Numbered from the stretch's first letter, positions 1-11,707 are shown. The stretch is 44,654 nucleotides of DNA from Octopus bimaculoides (GCF_001194135.2 NC_068988.1:18789329-18833982), one strand, 5' to 3'. Notes: generated from the sequence alone by a model not told the origin. Numbers and translations: made by a program.

Positions 1-35
1 TATATATATATATATATATGTACACACACACATAG

Positions 36-175
36 TAAATCCCAAAAAGAAGAATGAACACAAACAACAACGCGAGGACGTGGTACATGTAAAGTATTAG
101 CAGACGCTCAAGGAAGAATAGAAGGATGGTTTAACGTTTCGGAAACAGAGGCAAGTCCAGTAGAAGGGAAGACAA
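36..175 (-). mobile_element. Penelope-like terminal remnant (tentative)
   Basis: Minus strand reads CCGAAACGTTAAA (130-142), the GAAA+ACGT palindrome typical of PLE-end hammerhead relics; the same 12-mer occurs at 3154-3165. Confidence 0.35.
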
Positions 176-187
176 CCTCATAGATCA

Positions 188-300
188 GGGTTCAATTCCA
201 CTGCATGGCATCTTGGGCAAGTGTGTTCTACTATAGTTCCAAGTCTACCAAGGTCTTGTGACTGGACTTGGTAAAAGGAAACATAAAGAAGCCCGTCATT
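188..300 (+). mobile_element. SINE family B, 5' half fragment
   Basis: GGGTTCAATTCCACTGCATGGCATCTTGGGCAAGTGTGTTCTACTATAG...GAAGCCCGTC matches the heads at 27020-27165 (+) and 11930-12090 (-); B-box-like GGTTCAATTCC. Confidence 0.8.
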
Positions 301-945
301 ATATAATACATATCTAATCACCTTATATTTCTCATTAATGCATCTGTTATAGACGTACAGTGTTTTAAAAGCACAGAAATATATCAGCAGCACCAGACGC
401 AAATCTTCTCTTTATTTCTGTATAAAATAAAAAAAATTTCTAACACTATACGTCAATAAGAGAGGCTTTCTCGAGATGAATGCTGCAGTTTCTCTGGCTT
501 TCAACGATGTGTATGCTGTAAGTATGATACACAGATTGCAATTTTGAACTCATGCTGCTTCTGTCGCTCATAAACGAATTCACGTATCTGACATTTTGCA
601 TAAGGGCAGATTTCTTTCCATGTAAAAAAGCTATAGGTTTTCTGAAATTTGTTCCATTTAGTACCAGACGTAACCCCACATAAAAAACAAACAAAAACAA
701 AAAACAACAATAAGAATAAAAAACAAGCTTAACTAAAAAGATTGTATATCCCCGAGCACTGCAGTAGACATTAGAAGAAAGTTACTGATTAGAAAAATAA
801 TTCAATTAAAGTAAGTTTGTAAATTAGTACAATATTTCGTTTCGACAAAAAAGCGTGTTTTCCTGGAAGAAAAGAATGTAGGAGTTAAATTTTATTTTAG
901 GTTGCATATTTATTTGTTTGTTTATATGCCAGTACTGCTGCTTCA

Positions 946-1071
946 GCTGCTGCTGCTGCCTCCCCCTCCTCCTCCTCCTCCTCTTCTTCTTCTTCTTCTT
1001 CTTCTTCTTCTTCTTCTTCTTCTTCTTCTTCTTCTTCTTCTTCTTCTTCTTCTTCTTCTTCTTCTTCTTCT
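946..1071. repeat. (CTG)/(CCT)/(CTT)n microsatellite running into an N gap
   Basis: Directly visible. Confidence 0.95.
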
Positions 1072-1420
1072 NNNNNNNNNNNNNNNNNNNNNNNNNNNNN
1101 NNNNNNNNNNNNNNNNNNNNNNNNNNNNNNNNNNNNNNNNNNNNNNNNNNNNNNNNNNNNNNNNNNNNNNNNNNNNNNNNNNNNNNNNNNNNNNNNNNNN
1201 NNNNNNNNNNNNNNNNNNNNNNNNNNNNNNNNNNNNNNNNNNNNNNNNNNNNNNNNNNNNNNNNNNNNNNNNNNNNNNNNNNNNNNNNNNNNNNNNNNNN
1301 NNNNNNNNNNNNNNNNNNNNNNNNNNNNNNNNNNNNNNNNNNNNNNNNNNNNNNNNNNNNNNNNNNNNNNNNNNNNNNNNNNNNNNNNNNNNNNNNNNNN
1401 NNNNNNNNNNNNNNNNNNNN

Positions 1421-1515
1421 GGTCGATAAATTAAATGCCAGTTGAGTACTGAGGTCGATGTAATCGACTACCCCCGCCCCAATTTCAGGCCCTATGTCTA
1501 ATCTAGAAAAGATTA
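1421..1515 (+). mobile_element. SINE family A, 3' part
   Basis: GGTCGATAAATTAAATGCCAGTT...GGTCGATGTAATCGAC...AGAAAAGATTATT, homologous to the complete copy at 12387-12600. Confidence 0.85.
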
Positions 1516-1529
1516 TTGTTATTATTAAA

Positions 1530-1740
1530 CTGGCAGAAACGTTAGCACGCCGGGCGACATGCTTAGCGGTATTTCGTCTGTCTTTACGTTCTAAGTTCAA
1601 ATTCCGCCGAGGTCGACTTTGCCTTTCATCCTTTCGGGGTCGATAAATTAAGTACCAGTTGTGTACTGGAGTCGATTTAATCGATTGGTCCCCTCTCCTA
1701 AAATTTCGGGCCTTGTGCCTAGAGTAGAAAAGATTATTAT
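1530..1740 (+). mobile_element. SINE family A, near full length
   Basis: TGGCAGAAACGTTAG (A-box-like), AGTTCAAATTCC (B-box-like), CTTTCGGGGTCGATAAATTAAGTACC, (ATT)n tail. Confidence 0.9.
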
Positions 1741-2424
1741 TATGGCCGTCAGCCTGGCAAGCCTCATTTCCCCTCGTTCTGTGGATTTTATAAGGGGAAA
1801 ACACATAATAGTGTACTTGCACCCTTCAAATTTGTACCATCGTGGACAATAGGTTAATTGCTGTCGAATGGTGAGTTTATTTTCCTGTTTTGTCCCTCAG
1901 TTTTGGGGCACAGGTTAATTGATTTTGTTTTTCAATCATAGTTACTTGCGGAGCTGTAGTAGACAACTCTTTCCCAAGCTGTCACGCAGAGAGACTGAAC
2001 GTAAAACCACATAGTTTGTAAACAATTTTCTTACCCATAATGCCATTTTTTGTAGAGACTCCAGCTTTCAAGACTGGCTATGCTTCTGCACAAGTTTGTG
2101 CAGGATTGAACAAGGTTTCTCTTGAGGAAGACTGGTAGTTACTTACGCATGCGAGTCGTCTGTCTTGGCGTCATAGATGTTTATGCAGAGAGGAATCTAC
2201 CGACGTGGGGCCGATGTAACTTGGCAACAGCATTGTTGCGGGTGTTACAGTCATAAGACAAAATGCCGGAGTAGTTACCGTAAGGCATCTCTCCACCCTG
2301 GATGAGTACATTTTTATCGACTCGAAAGGATGATTGACAGTTCACTACGCTGGGACTTGAACTCAGTATGCAGAGAACAAAAATGGAATAAAATATATAT
2401 TATTATTATATTTATATTTTGTTC

Positions 2425-2550
2425 TGATGCCCTTCCTTGACATAGAGACCATGCCAAAACAGACATGGAGCCCGAGCAGCTCTTCAACTGGCCAGTTTCT
2501 GTCAAACTGTCCAACCCATGCCAGCATAGAAAACAGACGTTAAATGATGA
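2425..2550 (+). mobile_element. Retroposon 3' tail, family G
   Basis: GTCCAACCCATGCCAGCATAGAAAACAGACGTTAAATGATGA; an inverted homolog lies at 28175-28255; (GAT)n-type tail. Confidence 0.65.
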
Positions 2551-3420
2551 AAATAATGGTGATTTGTTATGAGGATCTGACGACTTTACCAATTCGTCGC
2601 CTGATTCAGGGAAATAAGTTTTAAAAAATAATATTAAAAAAATAAAGGCAAAATATAAATATGAATCCGTTAACACAGTTATGCATAGTTTAAAAGTGTC
2701 TATTGCAAATTAAAATACTGAAAATGCCTCTAGTTACTCTTTTCCACTTTGATTAGCTTTCAAATATCAACTTACCTAACGCAGTACTGATGGGTGGGAT
2801 GATTAGGTACTGAGCAATTAGATAGGTTGACGGTTCGAATACTGTCATGTAACCATGACATTTAACATTTTAAATTTCAACGACCTCGTTCACTTGACCC
2901 AGACAAACGCAGTAGTAGCAGTCGTGGGACATTGTATCGTGTTTCATTAAGGTGAACCTCCAGAATCCGAGGAAACTGGTGATGTTCTAAGTTCGAAACA
3001 ATAATAAGGCTTTGCCGTTCGTCTGAGAGTTAGATAGAGAGGGTAATGATAAAGTGGAATTGTTGCCTGGAAGCGTGAAAGAAAATCAATTTGACTAATT
3101 TCTAGGCACAACCCCACTCTCCCTTCTTCGTTCTTAGGAGAAGAACAAACGTCCGAAACGTTAAAATCTGCCTTTTTAACGGCAATTGAATTTATCTAAG
3201 TCTCTCGTTAGAATTCTTTGTTGAGTTTAAATTGCGTTGCGTTTCTTAAAGAAAGCACCAGGACAAACGTTTCTATATATTCTATCATGGAGAACTATAT
3301 AAAGAACAGACACTCGAATCGTTCAAATTTAACCCTACCATCTTAAATAAGAAAATTATATATTGAACAGTGTGGTCTTCAATACAATCTACCAGAATAT
3401 ATATATATATATATATATAA

Positions 3421-3960
3421 TGCAAGAGAGTTAGGGGTTGAGGATTCAACCCACTAAGGGATAGTATCTGTCCAATATACTGCAAGGAGGGTACCCAATT
3501 ATTGTTACACTAGTGTTATACAAAGTGCAATAAGTGGGTGCGGGTAAAAGGGGGTAATTTTACCCTAAATTTATATAGCAATAATAAAATGGAGGGGAAT
3601 ATGCGGTACCCATCAGCTTGCAGACACTGTATTCCGTAAATCTCCGAAGAGGCCTAGCGAATCATGTATGTACCCCCATTACATCATTTTCATCTACTAA
3701 TTACTCCGGCGTACAGAAGCTAGAGAGATAGAATGGGGCATGCCAACGCTAGGCCGAAACAGGTGTAAGTTTTTGTCCCTTCTCCAATTGTTAAATATCC
3801 TTTAAATTTGAAATCATAATTGTTTATATGACATGGTATGTCATAAGTGTCTGTATATTGTGGTTTTTGTCAATTTAGTTATAAAATAAACAGATTAATC
3901 AACGGAATACAGTGTCTGCAAGTTGATGAGTACCTCATATTTCCCTCCATTTTCTTATTG

Positions 3961-3967
<7 letters not shown>
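3421..3967 (+). mobile_element. Penelope-like remnant with 66-bp inverted repeats and a hammerhead-like motif
   Basis: Inverted arms 3572-3637 and 3902-3967 (61/66 match), (TA)n on both flanks, internal CCGAAGA / 9-bp stem / GAAAC core. Confidence 0.55.
3638..3773 (+). ncRNA. Putative type I hammerhead ribozyme (variant core, long stem II loop)
   Basis: Stem I 3638-3643/3768-3773 (5 bp plus a U-U mismatch); CCGAAGA 3644-3650; stem II GGCCTAGCG/CGCTAGGCC; GAAA 3756-3759; near-palindromic ACAGGTGT; GUA site 3765-3767. Confidence 0.45.
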
Positions 3968-3995
<28 letters not shown>

Positions 3996-4670
3996 CAGGA
4001 AAAAGATGGGACAATCATGACTAGAAAGGTAGAAGTAATAAGAGTTCGTTACGATGATGTTTATGCTGTGGTGTCGATGGTAGCGTAACGATAGACAGTT
4101 ATGGTGATATTCCGCCTGTTGATGGTAGGTTATATTCAAATGAAGCTAATAAATACTACATCTGTTTTCATAATATGTTCTAGAAACTTCTGGAAACTTT
4201 ACATACATACAAACTTATTCTGTTCCGACACTTCTAATAGCTTTTTATCAGTTCTTGCTACTAACATACATCTTACCACCTGGAACGCAGTCATGTATTT
4301 GGTGTGTTTGGGTTTATTTAAGCACCCCTCCATACACACAAACACACACCTCCAAACACACACATAGCACACCTCCCCCGCGCTCTCCTTTACTCTTTGA
4401 GATATCTCTAAGTAGATAAGCTTGACGACAACCAGCGTCTATATATATATATATTTATAAACCAACAAAGCATACTGATCCCTCTCCCTATTCACTTCCA
4501 CACATCCCCACAAAAATATTTTCTTCAGTCCCTACCTCCCCAACAAAAACACTGTGGTATGTATTGCATTTATCTTTTAAAAAAGAAAGCCTCCATTTTT
4601 AATCACTTCCATTTGTAGAAATATGCACTGCTTCTAATTAAACACTGAATTAACTGGATGTATGTTATCT

Positions 4671-5003
4671 TTTCCTTGTTTCAGTTATTGAACTGCGGCC
4701 ATGCTGGGGCACTGCCTTGATGCGCTTAGTCTCGGCATAGGCAACTTTTACCTAGAAGCGAGACGCAAGAAACATGTTGCATCGCCAGGTGGGTCGGACT
4801 GCGATAAAGTTCCTGATAATTTTTCGTTGCCGTGCTACTGAGAATGTCACGCGGGCCGCAGCTTTCCCATGACTGGGTGAGTCGAACAAATCGACCTTAC
4901 TACTTATGTTTTGAGTCTAGTACTTATTCTATCGTTCTCTTTAACCGAACTGCAGCCAATTGTCAAGCAGTTGGTGTGGAACACACACACACACACTCTC
5001 TCA

Positions 5004-5045
<42 letters not shown>

Positions 5046-5285
5046 NNNNNNNNNNTATGTATATACAAGCACACACAATATATATATATATGTATATATA
5101 TACACACTCACACACACACACAAATGACGACCGGATTCTTTCAGTTTCCCTCTACCAAATCCAGTCACATAGCTTTGATCAGCTAAGGGCTAAAGTAGAG
5201 GACACTTGCTCAAGGTGCCTTGTTGTGGGTCTGAACCCGAATTTATGTTGTTGAAAGCAAGCTTCTTGCCACATAGCCATGTCTG
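4671..5285 (-). mobile_element. SINE family B, bipartite with internal (CA)/(CT)/(TA) microsatellite and a 160-bp insertion
   Basis: Tail CTGCGGCCATGCTGGGGCAC at about 4693, body to 4980, head 5120-5285; colinear with the copy at 11440-12090. Confidence 0.85.
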
Positions 5286-6739
5286 CATCCATAGTGGAAT
5301 CTTTTAATCTTTTAATCTTTTAATCTTTTAATCGGGCTCTTAGAAATGCTTAAGTATAAGTCGAAGAAAACGGATTAATAACATAAAGTAAAATAATAAA
5401 ATGGCTTCAACCGAGATCGTGTCTAGGATTGACTCTGTGGGAGCTTATCTCTTGCTCTCCGGCAATCGCCACAGAATCTGCAGTAAGGTAAACGTTACAT
5501 ACAAGTCTAGAAATCTGGAGAGAGAAGGGTGAAGAGAGAAGAGACTGAAAACTTTAGGTTAAGAGCTTGGATCTTTCATTTGTCTTGTTGTGGACTAACA
5601 CTTGCCTTGCGATTGTTCAGTCAATTATTTTGCTGGCATTCATTCAGGGGTCTTGAAGCGTAATAGTTTCTTCAGGATGAGTTAATATCAGTTTAGAATA
5701 TTTAATGTACTTAGCACCAAGTTCGTTTCTTGCTTCAGGTGGTAGCTAATCTGCGTGAGCAAAATTTTAGCCTTATTCGTATATGTTTACCTGAATGGAA
5801 AACGGGCACCGTTATGTCTGGAAATTAGAACAGGAATTTAAAAAAAAAAAAACGTCTTGTTTTCGATTCTTCTGTTATTGAAGAATTCGAAGGACAAGTG
5901 TGTGTATTCGACCTTTTCAATGTCAAATATTTACCGAAAAATACAAAAATTAAAAAAAATTGAATTATGGGATATGGTTAGGGCACAAAACACAACACGT
6001 GAAAAAATTTGAATATGAGAAAATACGAAACAAACATTGTAGAATGTAAGAAAATAATATATAAAATATATATAAACTTGTAGCGACAAACACTATTCTA
6101 TTTATATTAAATATCATTTAATGAAATATATTTAAGTCCCTTTGCAAACTAATTCCTAAAATCCCGTGAGAACCAGGCAGGTGTTTGAGGGACACAAATT
6201 ACACAAGAATTCATGCACGTACATATATTTTTTCGGTTTTGCTGTCGAATTTCATAAATTCTATTTACTATCTTTTCATTCTTTCTATCTTTCTCTCATT
6301 CTATTTATTGCTTTTTTGTTCTTTGTTTTAACATTCCTGCCATCCCGCGTTACCACACCTGCAACTCGTAGACAGCGAAATCATATACTATCTCCTGATT
6401 CACTAAGTATTTATTTGTCTTGGTACTCCCAAGCATGGTTTTTGCTCTTCTCACTCGTAATGTAATGGAGCCTTTTGCAGTTGTTGTAACCCTAACGACC
6501 CCCAGAACTACAACGTGTGGCAGTTTATAAGTGATAAGCAGTAACAAAACACACAAGTAGCGCAGTGTTAACAGTAGTACATGCCTAATGTTACAACAAA
6601 CTTTAAAATAACAGTTTGAAGGGGGAAGAAATATTAGAAGAGAGTGATGGGAAGAGGTAGCGCTGAAAGAGTAGAGACTTTGCTATGAACACGTAGAGGA
6701 GTTACGCAGTGGGATTTAAATAAAGGCTCTGAAACAGCT

Positions 6740-6830
6740 GTTGTTGTTGTTGTTGTTTAGCGCTCCATGTCAGCTCTAACGAAAAGGTCTATGATCAAAG
6801 CATTCCACCCATGACAACTCCGCATCCATC
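6740..6830 (-). mobile_element. Repeat family E 3' end with (CAA)n tail
   Basis: Reverse complement of the ATGGTCATGGTTGGAATGCC-TTGATCATAGG...GCTAAAC segment at 14290-14360. Confidence 0.7.
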
Positions 6831-7023
6831 CTCCGCCCAGATACAGTGTATCCAATTCAAGGAAATGGATTTCTTGGTTTTCTTCTACTCTTGATTGCAG
6901 TAGTGTACTTGTTTTTGAAGTTCAGTGTAGATGGGGGGAGGGTGGCTGGACCGGGTGACATTGTTATGGGGCGGCACTTTTGGGTTTGTGAAAGTAATAT
7001 TGTAATGACATACAAACTAGTTG

Positions 7024-7058
<35 letters not shown>

Positions 7059-7078
7059 TTCGTTTTATTAATGTTTGC

Positions 7079-7094
7079 TCTCTCGCTTCCTGCA

Positions 7095-7144
<50 letters not shown>

Positions 7145-7146
7145 CC
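7079..7146. repeat. (TATC)n microsatellite
   Basis: Directly visible. Confidence 0.9.
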
Positions 7147-7254
7147 TACACACACATACATATATACATATATAAGTATACATATGTGGGGTGGGTGGGT
7201 GCAGCAGACTTAATCGCTATGCAGAACAGCACCCACTCTAGCTACGTCATTGTA

Positions 7255-7420
7255 TGTTATCGATTGTTCGATCAACTGAACTCTACCAGACTCATTAATT
7301 AACATTGCGAAGTAGCTGAGTATTCCACAGACACTGGTGTCGCTAATGCAATTATCATGTAGAATCAGTGTGTAACAGTTTGGGGCGGGGATGGATAAGA
7401 CTGAATCTTTGAATTCGAAT
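7255..7420 (-). mobile_element. Diverged relative of SINE family C
   Basis: GATCAACTG, AAGTAGCTGAGTATTCCACAGACAC and CTTTGAATT motifs shared with 23930-24065. Confidence 0.45.
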
Positions 7421-7489
7421 GACATACATGATGTGTAAAGTTTCTGTGAATCCAGTTTTACCAACAAGACTTAGGGTGACTCGAATCTA

Positions 7490-7560
7490 TTGTAAAAGAT
7501 ACTTGCCGAAGATGCCACAAACTGGGATCAAACCCGGGACCTCATGATTTCAAAGTAAAC
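7490..7560 (-). mobile_element. SINE family B head fragment
   Basis: ACTTGCCGAAGATGCCAC...GGGATCAAACCCGGGACC. Confidence 0.55.
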
Positions 7561-8632
7561 TTAATCAGCTGTACTTCTGGACGATATTATCTGTTGTGTT
7601 CCTTTTTAAGGAACGCATTAGATGGGGTGTGTTTAACTCATTGGCATTCCGATTACTTTGTCAAATGTAATATTTATTCTCGTTGATTTGAATTAATCGT
7701 GCATTATATTGTAGTTTTGATGATGTGATTGTTTATTTTTAAAATGACAGTGTAGGGTCAGTGTGAGAGGCCAAATCTGGCCAGTCTAAGCATAAAATAA
7801 GGTTGAATATTTGGGCTGGATATGGCTGGTTTAAATGGGAGTTCTAGCACTTTAAACGACCACATAGAAAGTTGCTTCTTCTAGTATTAAAGGAATTATT
7901 ATCACAGGTGAAAAGAAGCTGTGTTGATGAATGACATTGTATGAGGCATGAGATTCTAACCACTCGGCTGGAGTACTCTGAGTTTATATTGTGAACTTTG
8001 GAAAAGTTTGTTGTTTTCAAACCAAGATTTGAAAACTGCAAATAAAAATTGTGAAATTTGTTTAAAAAAGAAAAAAAGAAATTTATTGTTTTCAAACCAA
8101 GTTTTGAAAGCTAATAAATTTGAAGAAAAGTCTTACTCTTGCTTTCAACTACACCACGTGGAACTACGCAAAGGATTAAATTTTTACCATCAAAGTGACG
8201 ACTGCAGCAGAGCCGGGATCAAATCGGGCCGGAGTACCGTTGTGGCCTGAAAATTTGTTATTCTGCCTGGAACTTTATATTTTAATTATTCTTTCTGAGC
8301 TGTTCTCTTTCCTTTCTCTATTCAGGAGTACGTATTCTAATGTCGCGGGGTTTTTAGTAGCAGGTTAAATTTATAAAACTGAGAGAATGCAGAAGCAGAG
8401 TCGTGGAGTAGTGGTGTTGGAGGAGGAGAGTGAAAATAAACTAGAATAAACTAAAATAGACTAGAATAAACTAGAAAGAAACGGAAGTGTAGTACAGGGC
8501 TTGTAGCAAGCGAGAATGTTTGGTAAGATACAACTTTTGACAGGAGAACGTCATGGAGAAACAACTGGTAGTTGTTCAAAATACGGACTCACAGCACTGG
8601 TTGACATGTAGTGGGAAACAGGCACAAAGTCA

Positions 8633-8634
<2 letters not shown>

Positions 8635-8697
<63 letters not shown>

Positions 8698-8719
8698 CCT
8701 TTCACACACGGTTGCATCT

Positions 8720-8750
<31 letters not shown>
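8635..8750. repeat. (CT)n and (GT)n microsatellites
   Basis: Directly visible. Confidence 0.95.
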
Positions 8751-8754
<4 letters not shown>

Positions 8755-8944
8755 CTATATATATCATGCTTAATGCAGATACATCATGAAAAGTCTAATT
8801 AACTGCGGTATTCGTCTTCAGATGATATCTCTTGTAGATGATACCTCGGTGTTAAGTAACACAAAAGTTTATTTGAAGCAAACGAATATCGTCCAGCAGC
8901 GGTGGTAGTTTTAATAGATGAGTACACACACGCCTATATATCTA

Positions 8945-9110
8945 TGTATACGACGGGCTCCGACTCAGTTTCCGTAATTCCAAATGCACTCGCGAAGCAT
9001 TGATCTACCCAGAAATATAGTAGAGGTCACGTGCTCAAGACAACCCGCAGTGACACAGAATCCGACACCACGCAGTTGCGAAGCGAACCTTTTCACTGCA
9101 CAACTGTGCC
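8945..9110 (-). mobile_element. Diverged SINE family B head
   Basis: ATACGACGGGCT...CAGTTTCCGT...TATAGTAGAGG.CACGTGCTCAAG, colinear with 11930-12090. Confidence 0.65.
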
Positions 9111-9707
9111 AACGCCTGATCTTTCATTTTTCCTTCCGTTCGAAACGACATTTCTAAGCCATCAGACCATTCCTTTCTAAGGGATAAATCGTGTGGTGGT
9201 ATCCCAGCATGACCAAACTCACTACAGTTCTTTCCATAGAACTAAAGAACAACATATATTTGCACACAGCTGGATTTCCCTAAACGGCAATGCTTCTAAG
9301 TACACACTGCTTGAGTTAAAGTGTCTGGGAAAAGAGTTTCTGCGGTATATTGTGTTTTGTTTAGCCTTAGGGAGGAACTTGGATATGAATTCTAATCCTA
9401 TAACTGCACTGTAGCTTGAAAAAGGATTGAATACACTTAATAGGAATTCAGGCAAAGAGAAACAAAGATAAAACAAGATAATTTACATTTAACACCTATT
9501 TTTGGAATGAAACAATATGCCGTCACGAATTGCATAACCAGTCACGTGATCATTTTTACCTCGTCTTCCCCATTTCTCCCCTAAAATGTTACGTTGATTA
9601 TATGTTACATAAACACACAGCTTATGAACATATGTATTACATGTTGATCTAAGCATTTGACTTAGGCTTGTACTCTTAGTTTGCGGTGCACATAATAGAA
9701 AAAGCAC

Positions 9708-9740
<33 letters not shown>

Positions 9741-9745
9741 GGAGG

Positions 9746-9960
9746 AGGAGGCGAGTTGGCAGAATCGTTAGCACGCCAGGCAAAATGCTTAGCGGCATTT
9801 CGTCCATCTTTACGTCCTGAGTTCAGATTCCGCAGAGGTTAGCTTTGTCCTTCATCCTTTCGGGTTCGATAAATTAAGTAGCAGTTACGCACCGGGGTCA
9901 GCGTAAACGACTCATCCCCTCCCCACAAAATGGCTGCCCTTTTGGCAAAATTTGAAACCC
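9746..9960 (+). mobile_element. SINE family A
   Basis: GGCGAGTTGGCAGAATCGTTAGCACGCC...GAGTTCAGATTCC...AAATTTGAAACC, preceded by (ATT)n. Confidence 0.9.
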
Positions 9961-10002
9961 TTCATCATCATCATCATTATTATTATTATTATTATTATTA
10001 TT

Positions 10003-10386
10003 TTATGTTTGACTTTTGTTTTGCATTTGTACAAGTTGGATCCAAGTCTCACCCAGAGACCTCAAGAGACAAGTTAGAAGTTCATGTAGGTGTTATGCCT
10101 AGGGTACCATATATTTGGATTTGTACAGTGTTGTTCAAGTGAATGTTTAAGAAACCATAAGAAAATTATGTGTTTGCTTTAAAATTTGAGCTCACATAGA
10201 CAGTATTTTACGTAGGATATGGGCAGTTCCCATGAGCACTATCTGTTGAACTTCAGTCATTTTGGAGTTTCCTGGTATCTGAGCTAGGTAGTAATCAGCC
10301 CGTTTCGCTGTCATTCCCAGGGCACCCATGACAATAGGTGTTGTTTTCGTCTTCAGATTCCACATTTTGCTAATTTCTATTTCAAG
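10003..10386 (-). mobile_element. 5'-truncated R4/Dong (Rex6-like) non-LTR retrotransposon 3' end
   Basis: Minus-strand [24 protein letters not shown]...[18 protein letters not shown] (10192-10386) is the restriction-like-endonuclease C-terminus typical of the R4 clade; it is followed by a 3'UTR and (TAA)n, with (TAA/ATT)n on both flanks. Confidence 0.8.
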
Positions 10387-10421
<35 letters not shown>

Positions 10422-10644
10422 TTACCCGAATCCTTCTCATAGCAGCTACAATCTCTACCCGACTGCTAGGTCTGGGTACATCGAGAGTACCAATATACTG
10501 AAAATAGAAAAAATAGAAAAGCCCCGATTAAAGATGCTGTAACATGACGGATGGGAGATGGAATAATATAAATAGTAAAAAAAAAAGACGAAAAAAAAAA
10601 CAATGAAAAGCACCGAAAATAATAACGAGAATAACAAAATAAGA

Positions 10645-10750
10645 GGGTGATGACGAGTATGATGATGATGCTGATGATGATGATGACGATAACGATGGTG
10701 GTGGTGGTGGTGGTGGTGGTGGTGGTGGTGGTAGTGAATATGGTGGTACT
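10645..10750. repeat. (GAT)n/(GGT)n microsatellite
   Basis: Directly visible. Confidence 0.9.
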
Positions 10751-11261
10751 AGCAGTTTTGCTGCACTTAGAAATATCTGCATTTCACAGACTAAAGTTGT
10801 ACGTATTTAATTACTCTTCTCTTCCGTTAGAGACAGACAATAGCCACATAACAGTCTTGCTGCACTCAGTTGCAGTCAACATAAGAAAATATAATTTACT
10901 AACGATACTAACATTACAGGATTAACGACTGCATGCACTGCAGCAATGTGATAATTTGACAAGCAAATTTAGTGCACATCTCGTTAACAACAATTAAATA
11001 CTAAGAAATAAATCAATAATACTTTTTCTTAAGAATGTAGTACAACTTTTGCACATAATGGTAATATAGTGAAAAAGATAAACGTGTTACGGCGGGTTTG
11101 CTTAGTGCCAAAGATTCATTTGTGCAAATTAGCTTTCATTACGACCAATACATGTCATTATGATGACGAAAAATGAAAGAACCAGCCTGGAACAAAACAA
11201 TTAACTTCATCAGAACACATTATTAATTATGAAAATATGTTTGTCAACTACGTAATACATA

Positions 11262-11292
<31 letters not shown>

Positions 11293-11439
11293 CGAACTCC
11301 GTATTTCTATCTTTCTGTCTTTTTCGCTTTGTGCGTGCGTGCGTGAGTGAGTGAGTGTATATATACATATAGTGTGTGCGTGTGTATGTATATACAATGT
11401 GTGTGTGTATATGTGTGTGTGCGTGCACGAGCGCTTACA

Positions 11440-11668
11440 TGTATTTATTCTTTTACTTGTTTCAGTCATTTGACTGTGGCCATGCTGGAGCACCGCCTTT
11501 AGTCGAGCAAATCGACCCCAGGACTTATTCTTTATAAGCCTAGTACTTATTTTATCGGTCTATTTTTGCCGAAACGCTAAGTTACGGGGTCGTAAACACA
11601 CCAGCATCGGTTGTCAAGCGATGTTGGGAGCGGGGGACAAACACAGACACACAAACATACATGCACAC

Positions 11669-11707
<39 letters not shown>

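Noticed and set aside
446-700. - strand 84-aa ORF with NFRK (GPCR helix-8-like)
   Set aside because: No usable acceptor and no NPxxY motif; the + strand splice signals fit better.
824-1822. Long ORFs spanning N gaps (also near 18, 21, 22, 25, 29, 40 and 41 kb)
   Set aside because: They are open only because N runs and dinucleotide repeats lack stop codons.
2060-2310. GC-richer segment with a CTGCACAA/TTGTGCAG palindrome, possibly a retroelement 5' region with an HDV-like ribozyme
   Set aside because: I could not assemble the nested double-pseudoknot pairings by eye, and there is no second copy in the window.
5385-5487. LGLTLWELIS resembles kinase subdomain IX
   Set aside because: It lacks the preceding Asp and the following G-x-x-P motif, has a poor acceptor, and no other kinase exons were seen.
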